Below are positions 54,249 to 64,000 of a stretch of 64,000 bases of DNA, in pieces. How positions within the stretch are numbered: the first letter of the stretch is position 1; each line of letters opens with the position of its first letter. Position numbers and translations under genes: made by a program. Source of the DNA: an uncultured Rivularia sp. (GTDB taxonomy: Bacteria; Cyanobacteriota; Cyanobacteriia; Cyanobacteriales; Nostocaceae); NCBI GenBank assembly GCA_963665115.1, contig OY762007.1, positions 4,000,001 through 4,064,000 on the forward strand, in the 5' to 3' direction. The notes beneath the pieces were generated by a model that saw only the letters and a list, made by a program, of their open reading frames with translations, was not told the origin of the DNA and did no database searches.

Positions 54249-55451
54249 ATGAATCATATAGTTATTATCGGTTGCGGTATTATTGGAGCAACTTTAGCCT
54301 ACGAACTGAGTTTAATTGAAGGATTAAAAATTACGGTTGTTGACAAGCAACCCCCAGCACAAGCCGCTACAGGTGCTGCTTTAGGCGTTTTGATGGGCAT
54401 TATCAGCCACAAAGTTAAAGGTAAAGCTTGGCGGATGCGGCAAACAAGCATCCAGCGTTATGAAACTTTGATTCCAGAATTAGAAGCGATAACAAATAAA
54501 AAAATCCCCTTCAATCGTCAAGGAATTTTAATGTTGTTACCATCACCTCAAGTAACAACTGACGATTTAGCCTTTTGGGAAAAACTTAAACAAACTCGTC
54601 AAAATCAAGGTTGGCAATTAGAAATTTTAGATAATGCTCAACTTGGAAAGATATGTCCCCAGGTAGATGTTAAATCGCAAGAATATATCGGAGCAATTCA
54701 TTCTCCCCAAGACAGACAACTCGATCCAACAGCATTTACATTAGCCTTAGTAGAAGCAGCAAAACACAATGGTGTTAATTTCAAATTTGGTGTAAGTGCA
54801 TTGGGGATGAAGTCAAAAAACCTAACCCCCCAGCCCCCTTCCCTGCGAGGGAATGGGGAGACATCAAAGCCTTTCTCCTCGCAGGAGATAGGTTTGGAGA
54901 GAGGTTCTTCAGCTACCGAATTAGAAACAACAGATGGTGCGATCGCAGCAGATAAATTTATCATTTCTGCGGGTTTGGGTTCCTCTCTTCTCACTGAACA
55001 ATTAAATCAAAAAGTTGATATTCGCCCGGTATTAGGACAAGCAATTCATTTCCGTTTGGGACATCCTTTAGCTAATTCCGAATTTCAACCAGCCATCACC
55101 TGTAACGATACCTATATAGTTCCTTGTGGCGCGGGTGTTTATCCAGCAACCGATTACTGGGTTGGTGCAACGGTGGAATTTTCTGAAGATGGTGGTGAAG
55201 TATCTGCCGACAAAGAACTTTTGGATGCTACTTTGAAAACTGCGATCGCAACTTGTCCGGAGTTAGCGAAAGCCGAAATCATCCGCACCTGGTCGGGTTT
55301 GCGTCCTCGTCCGGAAGGTCGTCCGGCTCCTGTTATCGAGAAATTGCCGGGATATGACAACGTGATATTGGCTAGCGCTCATTATCGGAATGGGGTTTTG
55401 TTGGCTCCCGCTACTGCTGAGATGGTGAAGGAGATGATTTTGGAAGGTTAG
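54249..55451 (+). CDS. FAD-dependent oxidoreductase (glycine oxidase/DAO family)
   Basis: IIGCGIIG, WSGLRP, HYRNGVLLAPATA. Confidence 0.9.
   Translation: MNHIVIIGCGIIGATLAYELSLIEGLKITVVDKQPPAQAATGAALGVLMGIISHKVKGKAWRMRQTSIQRYETLIPELEAITNKKIPFNRQGILMLLPSPQVTTDDLAFWEKLKQTRQNQGWQLEILDNAQLGKICPQVDVKSQEYIGAIHSPQDRQLDPTAFTLALVEAAKHNGVNFKFGVSALGMKSKNLTPQPPSLRGNGETSKPFSSQEIGLERGSSATELETTDGAIAADKFIISAGLGSSLLTEQLNQKVDIRPVLGQAIHFRLGHPLANSEFQPAITCNDTYIVPCGAGVYPATDYWVGATVEFSEDGGEVSADKELLDATLKTAIATCPELAKAEIIRTWSGLRPRPEGRPAPVIEKLPGYDNVILASAHYRNGVLLAPATAEMVKEMILEG
54819..54906. repeat. Dispersed palindromic repeat inserted in-frame in the oxidoreductase
   Basis: AACCT...AGGTT ends and two internal hairpins; encodes NLTPQPPSLRGNGETSKPFSSQEIGLERG. 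Confidence 0.7.
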
Positions 55452-55520
55452 AGGTTAGTTATTGCTGTTCGATTTCGGTTATGACAAAATATTGGCTAAA
55501 AATCAAAATCGTATATAGAT

Positions 55521-55718
55521 TTAGTCATCTATTCTTGGTAAATCAATATTTGGCAAAGGAGCAGGTAGCTCTTTTATAAGCTCTTGCGAATTTTGATCTG
55601 ATTTTCTAAATCCAACATTATCACCCGACTTTTTCGTTGATTTAAACCCTACATCATCACCTGACTTTTTAGTTGATTTTAGCCCAAAATTATCGCCCGA
55701 TTTATTATTTTTACTCAT
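55521..55718 (-). CDS. Small protein with three 12-aa repeats (KSGD[ND]xG[LF][KR])
   Basis: 36-bp periodicity with synonymous codon differences between copies. Confidence 0.55.
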   Translation of the reverse strand: MSKNNKSGDNFGLKSTKKSGDDVGFKSTKKSGDNVGFRKSDQNSQELIKELPAPLPNIDLPRIDD

Positions 55719-55842
55719 AAAAACTTAAGAATTATTTAGTAAGATTGTAACGTGTTCATTTCGAGCAATGAATTATGATTTGTGTCCTATTTAGCTTGTT
55801 TTATTAATTGTTTTATGACCAGTAGTAAATAGTTAAGTAGCA

Positions 55843-55916
55843 GTAGGTTGGGTTGAGGAACGAAACCCAACATTATGAAGACTTTGTTGGGTTTCACTCC
55901 GTTCAACCCAACCTAC
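55843..55916. repeat. GTAG-type REP doublet GTAGGTTGGGTT...AACCCAACCTAC
   Basis: Two hairpins in inverted orientation. Confidence 0.8.
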
Positions 55917-56172
55917 GATTTTCTTTAACTAAAGGACATTCACCTTTTCTTAAGTCAAGCTCACCACCTAAAAGCTTCAACCGCAGTGATAAAGGAGAAC
56001 AGCCTGAAAGTTCCAGCACTATCTTTATCGCTAAGATTATCCCAACAACGGATATAAGCATTCTTCCAAAGGGAATAGAAAGCCTAGAGAGGTTGTTTTT
56101 TAGTTTTTTTGACTTGTTTACCATAGTTAAATTTTTTCTGTTTCCAAGCGTTTTCCTTATTTTTCCTAGCAA
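55903..56172 (-). CDS. Small hypothetical membrane protein
   Basis: 89-aa ORF with one hydrophobic segment; its end overlaps a repeat; start uncertain. Confidence 0.4.
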   Translation of the reverse strand: MLGKIRKTLGNRKNLTMVNKSKKLKNNLSRLSIPFGRMLISVVGIILAIKIVLELSGCSPLSLRLKLLGGELDLRKGECPLVKENRRLG

Positions 56173-56227
56173 GCTCGATATCTTGCAGGTAAGACTTACT
56201 TGTTTTATAAGCTGCTTTCTTTACGAG

Positions 56228-56260
56228 CTAGAAAGTTCGCTTAATAAGCGAACTTTCTAG
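56228..56260. repeat. Perfect 33-bp palindrome with CTAG ends
   Basis: CTAGAAAGTTCGCTTA-A-TAAGCGAACTTTCTAG. Confidence 0.85.
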
Positions 56261-56405
56261 GGATAGCTTATAGATTTAGTATTCCGTGTTAATGCAGTAA
56301 TAAAAAATTAGTCAATTGCCGCCAAATGGCGGCGAGATTTATTTCAATCTGTGAAATTACGCGAACTAGAAATATAATTATTTAAAATTTTAAAATTAAT
56401 TATTT

Positions 56406-56899
56406 AACCCGCGTTCAGCGAAGCTGCGGCTCAGGCGGGTTTTGCCTGTGTAGACAAGCCACTGCGTTGCGGGGGTTCCCCCCGTTGTAGCAAGTGGCGT
56501 GCGGTTTCAACCGCCAGATTATATCTAATGACGGTATTTAATCGGCTTGTAGGTTGGGTTAGACACGATTTACCGTCTTTCGTTCATAACGCAAATTTTT
56601 AATGATCGTGTCGTAACCCAACATTACTTTATTGAGACATTTAAAAATACCCTAGAAAGAATTTGTTGGGTTACAGCGCCAATATAATTTCTTGTTGAGC
56701 ATTGTTATTCTTCGTGCGCTTAACCCAACCTACGAACTCCTTCCCAACCAGTGGAAAAGAGCATTTAAAATTATTTTATTCAACCCGCGTTCACCTTTAT
56801 GTGCGGCTCAGGCGGGTTTTGCTTTGTGTAGACAAGCCACTGCATTGCGGGGGTTCCCCCCGTTGTAGCAAGTGGCGTGCGGTTTCAACCGCCAGATTA
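56406..56899. repeat. Two about 117-bp direct repeats (56406-56521, 56782-56899) flanking an expanded REP doublet (56549-56733)
   Basis: Direct alignment by eye. Confidence 0.85.
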
Positions 56900-56920
56900 A
56901 TTAATCAACCCTTGGATAAT

Positions 56921-57973
56921 CTAAAAAAACCACCCATAAGAATGCAATCCCTTACCCAGCAAGTTAACTCCCAAATAACAAACCCAAACTGCAACAAACC
57001 CCGTAGCCGCCAAAATTGCCGGACGACGACCTTGCCAACCCTTAGTAATCCGAGCGTGAAGATAAGCTGCAAATACCAACCAGCAAATCAATGCCCAGGT
57101 TTCTTTGGGGTCCCAACTCCAATAAGAACCCCATGCTTCATTAGCCCAAACTGCACCAGCAATAATACCAATTGTCAAGAGGGGAAAACCCAACCCGATA
57201 ATACGGTAGCTGATATTATCTAAAGTTTCTGCAAGACTTAATCTCTGAGGAGAAAGAGTTTCTCCAGAATCGATAGTTGATGCTGAAGTTTCTAAACGCT
57301 GTGCAACTGCTGTCGCTGTTTTACCATTACTGTTGGTTTGCACGGGAGAAAAACCGTTGTTTTCAAAAGCAAATGCATTGGGTTCGGTAACTAATTCACC
57401 GGCTTTGTGCAAGCGATAACCGTTGCTGCGATAGCCACCGTTACCAACGGAACTACCTTGAAGCTGCACAGGTTGTCCTTTTGTAACGATCAGAAATGCT
57501 ACTGCGATTAAAGAACCTACCATCAAAGCCGAATAACTCAACATCATCACGCTGACGTGCATCATCAACCAGTTTGATTTGAGTGCGGGTACTAATGGTT
57601 CTGAAATTTGCATTTCTGAAGGAAGCGTTAGTGCAGCGAAAGCGCTGATTCCCATCGCGACAGGAGAAGTCGCAACTCCTACCAAACGGCTGCGGCTACT
57701 GTATTCAGCAATTAAATGAACCGTGGTGATTCCCCAAGCCAAGAAAAACAAAGATTCATATAAATTGCTGAGAGGGAAATATCCACCTTCCAACCATCTT
57801 GCACCAAGTAAAGCTGCCATACACAAATTGGCGATCGCCATTCCAGCGGTTCCCAAGCCAGCCAATATCGGTATATTGGGGAAAGCTGCTCCTACCCAAT
57901 AAATCAACATTGTCAGAAACAGGACGAGGAAGGAAGCATTATCAAGCCAATTTTGGAGTACAACTAAATCCAT
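56921..57973 (-). CDS. ccsA: Cytochrome c biogenesis protein CcsA (CcsB)
   Basis: [34 protein letters not shown] (WWD motif), GLHSYGW. Confidence 0.95.
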   Translation of the reverse strand: MDLVVLQNWLDNASFLVLFLTMLIYWVGAAFPNIPILAGLGTAGMAIANLCMAALLGARWLEGGYFPLSNLYESLFFLAWGITTVHLIAEYSSRSRLVGVATSPVAMGISAFAALTLPSEMQISEPLVPALKSNWLMMHVSVMMLSYSALMVGSLIAVAFLIVTKGQPVQLQGSSVGNGGYRSNGYRLHKAGELVTEPNAFAFENNGFSPVQTNSNGKTATAVAQRLETSASTIDSGETLSPQRLSLAETLDNISYRIIGLGFPLLTIGIIAGAVWANEAWGSYWSWDPKETWALICWLVFAAYLHARITKGWQGRRPAILAATGFVAVWVCYLGVNLLGKGLHSYGWFF

Positions 57974-58104
57974 AAAAGTGTTCTCCCCATTAAAATTACT
58001 ATAATTTTTTATCTTACTGTCTTTCAAACTTTTACTTAGAAGAGGCAGCAATCACTTAATATTTCCGCCTCTTCTAGCTTATCTTTAATTTGTCTTCTAC
58101 TTTC

Positions 58105-59838
58105 CTATTCGCTTTTTTCTTTAGGAATCGGAAGCACAACTGGTTTCTCACCTTTCTTCAATTTCAGTAAAATATCATAGCGAGTAGTGCGACTATCGGT
58201 AACGGCAGTTGTTACACCAACTGAATTTAAGGCATTGAGAAAACTCTGTTGATCTGGAAATAAAGCTGGTAAAGACAAACTTTTAGCCGCTCCTTCCATA
58301 TCTAAGAAAAACTGAGTATTTGTAGGATCGAGTTCTGATGGTACTGCTTTCTGAAATGAAGCAGCGTTTGCTAAAATATTTTTTGGTTTGGGAATAATTT
58401 TATCGGTTATAGGAGTTCCCAAGGTTAAAAAAGCAATATCTCCATCTAACCAACCGTGAGTAGCAGTTAATGTTCCTGATGGCCCAACCCACCTCGTAAC
58501 GGGTATTTCGCCGACTTTATCGTCTTTAATTTTGAACTGGTACTGAGTTCTCATCGCTTCATCTAACTGTTTTAAAGATGCTTCCGCTTTAAGGCGATCG
58601 CTAGCCTGTACCATAAAGACTAAAGCGGCGCGAACGTCTTGAGGAAATTCTTGATTTGGGATTTGAGGAACAACAGAGACTACAAATTCACCTCCCATCC
58701 AGCTAAGTAAATCTCGATCTAGATCGAGACTAGTGATGTTCTTAAATCCACCTCTTAACTTTTCTGGCTTGACGGGTGAAAGGGGATTTTTCTGAGCAGT
58801 TAAAACGTAATCAGCCCAAGTTCTACGCAGGTTTCCACCAGAGAACATCATTAAAGTTTCCGTCGGTAAACGAGTTGTCATAGTAGTAGCTTTATTTTCC
58901 ACCGCTAAAACTCTTCGGCTGCTAGGTTTTAACCAAGATACTCCTTTTAAACGCAATCCTTCCGATTCTACGCTGACAGTTCCTGCTAAACCTTGATTGT
59001 TTTTCAGTTGCGCTAAAACTTGCGCTGGTAAGCCACGTTTGGCAGAAGTTGTACTTGCTATTTGGGCAGCAGAGGGAACATTAACGTAAAATTGGGCAAG
59101 GGGCTGATAAGTAGCTATTTTGGGCAAATGTTTGGCAAAACCGTTACTGTTAGCCAGAGTTGCTTTACCAATGTACGCTTCAATAGTTCTTTCTGTAGCT
59201 TTGGGATTATCTGCAATAACTAAGAAGCGTTCTTCTATTACAGCAGTAGATAATTTTTCTCCCGAATTTGTTTGTGCTTCTTTAATCGTAATACCTTCAT
59301 ACTCTCGCTCAACCCACTTTCCTTTGAGAGCTTTGGGTTGTGCAAAGGCTGTTTGAATTTTTTTTCGATCCTTGATTGGAAAAACCATTACCAGCGACTG
59401 TTCCACGGTGGCTAACTTCCCATCGCTAGCTACTGGTTTAGATGCAGTTATTGGGACCTTGGGAGCTAAAAATGCAATAGTTACTCGATCGCCAACCCAA
59501 GGGCTGACATCTTTCTTGAAATCAAAACCATCTTTTGCTAGAAAGCGATCGCGCCACTGGATTAAATTTTTATCTAATGCGGCTTGACTTTCTTTAGTTC
59601 CAAAAGAACGTAGTTTTTCCCATTGACTAGAATCCGTACTTAAAGAAACCGTAAATAGGGTATCTTGGGGAATAATATTAGCACCTACAGGCAAATCTCT
59701 GGACAAAGGTTTTCCCTGAGTCAAAAGCCAGTAAGCTGCTATCCCACCACCAATTAGTAAACCCGCTCCGGAAAGCGTTAAAACTAAAGATGGTTTCTTT
59801 TTTTTCTTACCAGAAATAGACACGACAGGCACTGTCAT
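58105..59838 (-). CDS. DUF3352 domain protein
   Basis: N-terminal TM helix, GANIIPQD, DVSPWVGD, DLLSWMGGEF. Confidence 0.8.
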   Translation of the reverse strand: MTVPVVSISGKKKKKPSLVLTLSGAGLLIGGGIAAYWLLTQGKPLSRDLPVGANIIPQDTLFTVSLSTDSSQWEKLRSFGTKESQAALDKNLIQWRDRFLAKDGFDFKKDVSPWVGDRVTIAFLAPKVPITASKPVASDGKLATVEQSLVMVFPIKDRKKIQTAFAQPKALKGKWVEREYEGITIKEAQTNSGEKLSTAVIEERFLVIADNPKATERTIEAYIGKATLANSNGFAKHLPKIATYQPLAQFYVNVPSAAQIASTTSAKRGLPAQVLAQLKNNQGLAGTVSVESEGLRLKGVSWLKPSSRRVLAVENKATTMTTRLPTETLMMFSGGNLRRTWADYVLTAQKNPLSPVKPEKLRGGFKNITSLDLDRDLLSWMGGEFVVSVVPQIPNQEFPQDVRAALVFMVQASDRLKAEASLKQLDEAMRTQYQFKIKDDKVGEIPVTRWVGPSGTLTATHGWLDGDIAFLTLGTPITDKIIPKPKNILANAASFQKAVPSELDPTNTQFFLDMEGAAKSLSLPALFPDQQSFLNALNSVGVTTAVTDSRTTRYDILLKLKKGEKPVVLPIPKEKSE

Positions 59839-60822
59839 TGAAACCAATACCTCATAAAACCGAACTTTTCAATTACTTTATTGATACAGCTAACCAAAAA
59901 TTATTCTTTATATCTAGGGTTGCCGATTACACTAAGAAAATTAATCTAACAGTTAAATTACCATTGGCAGTTTTAGTCGCTTTATCTGTGTTCAACTGCA
60001 AATATGTAGTAAGAACTACAATTTTTGATTATTTCCCTTAACTGTGGTAGTTCCATGCTTTTAATCGACCTCCGCAGCAAGTTTAACACTATCTATAAAA
60101 CCAAACACTACCACGATTGAAAAAATGTCAGATAAAAATACTTACCACATTGATTCACTTAGACAGTTGCTTTATTATTTATTTTGATGCCGAGCCACAG
60201 TTTATAACGATTGGGAAATGCTGTTTTCGGTAATATCAAAAATAATCTTAATATCAAAGTCAAAGAAGTAAGTAAAAGACTTTGATGCTGGAGATAGTGC
60301 TTTGCACGAATTTAGATAATATACGATCGATTACAGAAAACACTGCTATTTATATACAACAGTTTATAATTATTCCAGTATTTTCATTGCTTCTCTATCT
60401 ATTTCAGGAATTATACAAGCTTCCGCCAAAAAAGCAGGATTGCAGGCATTTTAACATCTGAAATAATTAATTTTTGTACAAAGACTTTTAGCTCCTCCCA
60501 CTTTAAAGCTATAACCTTGTTTTGACAAAAAAAATTATGCTTGATAGACATTGGCTGTCATCTTTTTATTGCTGATTCACAACTATTTAATCAGGGGCGG
60601 TACCCCCTACTCAATTGAGATATTAGCCGAAGTTGAAACAAATAATTAATAAAGTCTGTAGTAAGGGCTGAAGCCTTTAATCAAAGGACAGGCATTCCTT
60701 ACTACAAACCATTTAAAATTAATGAAATGAACTATTAGGTGCGGCTCATCATATGTTAATAGAAACGTAGAACGCGAATATTTTCAATAAATTACCGGAA
60801 AATACCAGACGAAAGCAAACCG

Positions 60823-61431
60823 TTAAACCTTGCTATTTCCTAAATATTTAGTCAAATGAGGCGAAAACACCTCGTAAATCAACGTCAACGGCTGTCCGTG
60901 ATGCCAAAATAAATAGTGTCGTCCCCAGAAAGGACCTTTTTGATTAAACCCCAATTCCAAAGCAGGAGAATAACCGTAGTAAATTCCTTGAACATCTCGA
61001 TATAATTCAGTACGCAGACGCGCTAAACTTGCCCAAATCGTTAACGAACGGTTTTGCAAATATTCATCCACATGAGATGCTTCCCACCATGAAGCTGCAT
61101 AAGCCAAAATTTGACCGCTAGCAGTACGCAACCAAACCTGTCTCCGCAGTCTCGGCCCCGGTACTACCTGCATCAAATCAGGAGCATTATCGGAATCCAT
61201 GCCAATTAATGACATATCGATAACGTCTACTTCCGTTGGTTCGCTTGTCAATAACTTCAAGTGTCGCGTAGGAGAACCATCACCCAACAGCAATAACTGC
61301 CAACTCGGAGCTAGCCTACTATGAGGTAAACCTTGTTGAACTACCTCTTCTCCACCTTGCCAAATAGCATCTAATCTATGCCACGAGCAAGGTAAAATAA
61401 AATCTTCTTTCTCTGAAAAAGTTGCAGTCAA
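60823..61431 (-). CDS. ubiC: Chorismate lyase (UbiC/DUF98-like)
   Basis: LLLGDGSPTRHL, RRQVWL, WGRHYLF, IYEVFSP. Confidence 0.85.
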   Translation of the reverse strand: MTATFSEKEDFILPCSWHRLDAIWQGGEEVVQQGLPHSRLAPSWQLLLLGDGSPTRHLKLLTSEPTEVDVIDMSLIGMDSDNAPDLMQVVPGPRLRRQVWLRTASGQILAYAASWWEASHVDEYLQNRSLTIWASLARLRTELYRDVQGIYYGYSPALELGFNQKGPFWGRHYLFWHHGQPLTLIYEVFSPHLTKYLGNSKV

Positions 61432-61480
61432 TGCTCTGCTCTTTACAATACTTTACCGCCCTTCTATGAAAGCACAAATT

Positions 61481-61552
61481 TGGAGTAGGGAGTAGGGAGT
61501 AAGGAGTGGAGAGTAGGGAGTAGGGAGTGGAGAGTAGGGAGTAGTGAGTAGG
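61481..61552. repeat. STRR array (GGGAGTA)n
   Basis: Direct reading. Confidence 0.85.
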
Positions 61553-61608
61553 GGAAGAATAATTTATTGCTAACTCCTTACTATTTTTGGTGATTTTCCA
61601 TTAAAAAA

Positions 61609-61690
61609 TGCGGATGGCGAGACTCGAACTCGCAAGGCCAAGGCCACACGCCCCTCAAGCGTGCGCGTATACCAATTCCGCCACATCCGC
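61609..61690 (-). tRNA. trnL: tRNA-Leu(GAG)
   Basis: GCGGATGTGGCGGAATTGGTATACGCGCACGCTTGAGGGGCGTG...GTTCGAGTCTCGCCATCCGCA; long variable arm; CCA not encoded. Confidence 0.95.
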
Positions 61691-62123
61691 ATGAATATTT
61701 TATTTATCTAGAAATGAAGTATAGCACAACAAAAAAAATATAGTAAGAAGTTGCGAAATAGTAGAAAAAATTATTGCCTTCGTTGCATATAATTGTCCGA
61801 TCGAGATAACTTGCAGACAGAAATTTAATCGAACACAAGTCATATTAAGAACGATTGCGACTATGGCAACTCAAATAAAATGTCTTCCTTCCAACCGGAG
61901 ATGCGTATAATTGTTAACCGACTGAGTTATTTCTTAATACTGGTTGCGTTAACTTAGACAAACAATATATTTAAAATGCCTTATGGATGGTTCGTTATAG
62001 CCGAGGGTTCTGCTAACAAAACGTATAAATCTCTAGTCAAATTTTGAAACAAAGCAAAAGTCTTTTTCTAAATTTGACTGTTGAGAAATGTCAATCTACA
62101 GCAACGATATAGAAATTACAAAC

Positions 62124-63474
62124 ATGAATTTTGACAAAATATTAATTGCTAATCGAGGGGAAATAGCACTTCGCATTCTCCGTGCTTGTGAGGAAATGGG
62201 AATTGCGACTGTTGCAGTACACTCTACTATTGACCGTAATGCTCTTCACGTACAGCTTGCTGATGAAGCGGTTTGTATTGGTGATGCTGCAAGCAGTAAA
62301 TCCTATTTAAATATTCCTAATATTATTGCTGCTGCTTTAACGCGCAATGCCAGCGCGATTCATCCTGGCTATGGGTTTTTGGCGGAAAATGCCCGTTTTG
62401 CTGAAATTTGTGCTGACCATCATATTGCTTTTATTGGTGCCTCACCTGAAGCAATTCGCAGGATGGGGGATAAATCCACAGCTAAGGAAACTATGCAAAA
62501 AGCAGGTGTCCCTACGGTACCGGGTAGCGATGGTTTGCTCGTTTCTGAGGAAGAAGGATTAAAAAGCGCCAAGGAAATCGGCTATCCAGTGATGATTAAA
62601 GCCACGGCTGGCGGTGGTGGAAGAGGTATGCGATTAGTGCGATCGCCTCAAGAATTCACTAAGTCTTTTCGAGCCGCTCAAGGGGAAGCGGAAGCTGCAT
62701 TCGGTAATGGAGGAGTTTATCTCGAAAAATTTATCGAACGTCCCCGTCATATTGAGTTTCAGATTTTAGCTGATAATTACGGCAATGTAATTCATTTAGG
62801 CGAGCGCGATTGCTCGATTCAGCGACGTAACCAAAAACTTCTAGAAGAAGCCCCAAGTCCGGCACTTAATGACGAATTGCGCTCTAAGATGGGAGAAGCT
62901 GCTGTCAAAGCCGCAAAGTTTATTAATTATACTGGTGCGGGTACGGTAGAGTTTTTGCTCGACAATAAGGGCGATTTCTACTTTATGGAAATGAACACCA
63001 GAATTCAGGTGGAGCATCCCGTCACGGAAATGATTACCGGGATTGATTTAGTTGTCGAACAAATTCGCGTTGCAATGGGAGAAAAACTTAGCGTCACTCA
63101 AGACGAAGTTATTTTGCGGGGTCATGCAATCGAATGTCGCATCAATGCAGAAGACCCCCGACCACGATTTTCGCCCTTGTCCCGGACGTATCAGCGGCTA
63201 TCTTCCCCCTGGAGGCCCCGGTGTTCGGATCGATTCCCACATTTACACCGATTATCAGATACCTCCTTACTACGATTCGTTAATCGCAAAATTAATTGTT
63301 TGGGCACCCGACCGTCCTACCGCAATCAAGCGGATGAAACGCGCTCTCAGGGAATGTGCCATTACCGGACTAACTACCACCGTTGGCTTTCATCAAAAAG
63401 TGATGGATATTCCGCAGTTTTTGGAAGGTAATGTCTATACCAATTTCATCGAAGAAATCAAAAATTCACTTTAA
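62124..63474 (+). CDS. accC: Acetyl-CoA carboxylase biotin carboxylase, apparent +1 frameshift at about 63155-63159
   Basis: [28 protein letters not shown]. Removing one C restores RINAEDPDHDFRP...[10 protein letters not shown]. Confidence 0.95.
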
Positions 63475-63764
63475 TTGGTGCGAGCCAGCATGGTCAGCAA
63501 TCCCTGCTGACCTAATAGGATTTCTCGTGCCAAACTGAATATTCCTACCCAAATAATCGGTGTAATATCCACACCACCGATCGGAGGTACCAGTTTTCGC
63601 AACACTACTAAAAACGGTTCTGTTGGAAAAGCAATGATATTAAAGGGAAAACGATTCAGTTCGGCTTGGGGATACCAAGTTAGAATAATTCGGAAAATAA
63701 ATAAAAACGTCATCAACCCTAGTAAAAGGCTGAGAATCAAATTGGTAACGTTAAGGGTACTCAT
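63471..63764 (-). CDS. YggT/YlmG family membrane protein
   Basis: RIILTWYP, PTEPFL, PPIGGVDITP. Confidence 0.9.
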   Translation of the reverse strand: MSTLNVTNLILSLLLGLMTFLFIFRIILTWYPQAELNRFPFNIIAFPTEPFLVVLRKLVPPIGGVDITPIIWVGIFSLAREILLGQQGLLTMLARTN

Positions 63765-64000
63765 GATTGGAATTTACTGTTTATCTGAAGAAAATCTTTA
63801 AGATTTGTAAAGTCTTTGTACTATTTTATCGGTAAACAAGTTCCGATACAGTCTTATTCTCATACAAAGAAACCCAGTTTTGACAATCATGGTGAATTAT
63901 GAATGGCTGCTTATTCATCGATCAACCGGGTTTGCTGAGTTTAGCGCTTGCTAGTATCGATTTATAAAATCACTAAATTTGAATTGACAAGTGAGCGATT

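Noticed and set aside
55610..55705. 36-bp periodic repeat considered as a CRISPR array
   Set aside because: Units are contiguous with no spacers, vary at synonymous positions, and there are no cas genes.
56702..57223. 173-aa plus-strand ORF
   Set aside because: Runs through dispersed repeats and antisense to ccsA.
61609..61690. tRNA-Leu as an integration site for an island or prophage
   Set aside because: No integrase, no duplicated tRNA 3' end seen, and the flanks are core genes.

Overview
AT-rich chromosomal window from a heterocystous filamentous cyanobacterium (Nostocales, Rivularia/Calothrix-like). This is inferred from psbY/psbQ/ccmP, frequent HIP1 GCGATCGC octamers and heptamer STRR arrays. 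Most genes are core or conserved: two Ser/Thr kinases plus a class-A beta-lactamase-like hydrolase, hisC, a PARG-like protein, an ArnT-like transferase, a racemase, a NACHT-pentapeptide protein, DUF3685, cobD, HU, pilMNOQ, folC, psbY, an M16 peptidase, map, udg, ccmP, an RND pump, pirin, dps, psbQ, ccsA, ubiC, tRNA-Leu(GAG), accC and yggT. Six genes (racemase, pilQ, pilN, ccmP, RND adaptor, accC) each carry one extra base in a short homopolymer, most likely sequencing error. Intergenic DNA holds several nested small repeat families (GTAG-type palindromes, CTAG-ended MITE-like elements, STRRs), some inside coding sequence. The best leads are a signal-peptide-less broad-spectrum (Bsr-like) amino-acid racemase, a kinase/SPOR-like/ARC6-like/PBP-like cell-wall module, a small triple-repeat peptide gene in a repeat-dense pocket, and an Rpn remnant. 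I found no CRISPR array, prophage, intact transposase or clearly complete novel multi-gene system.
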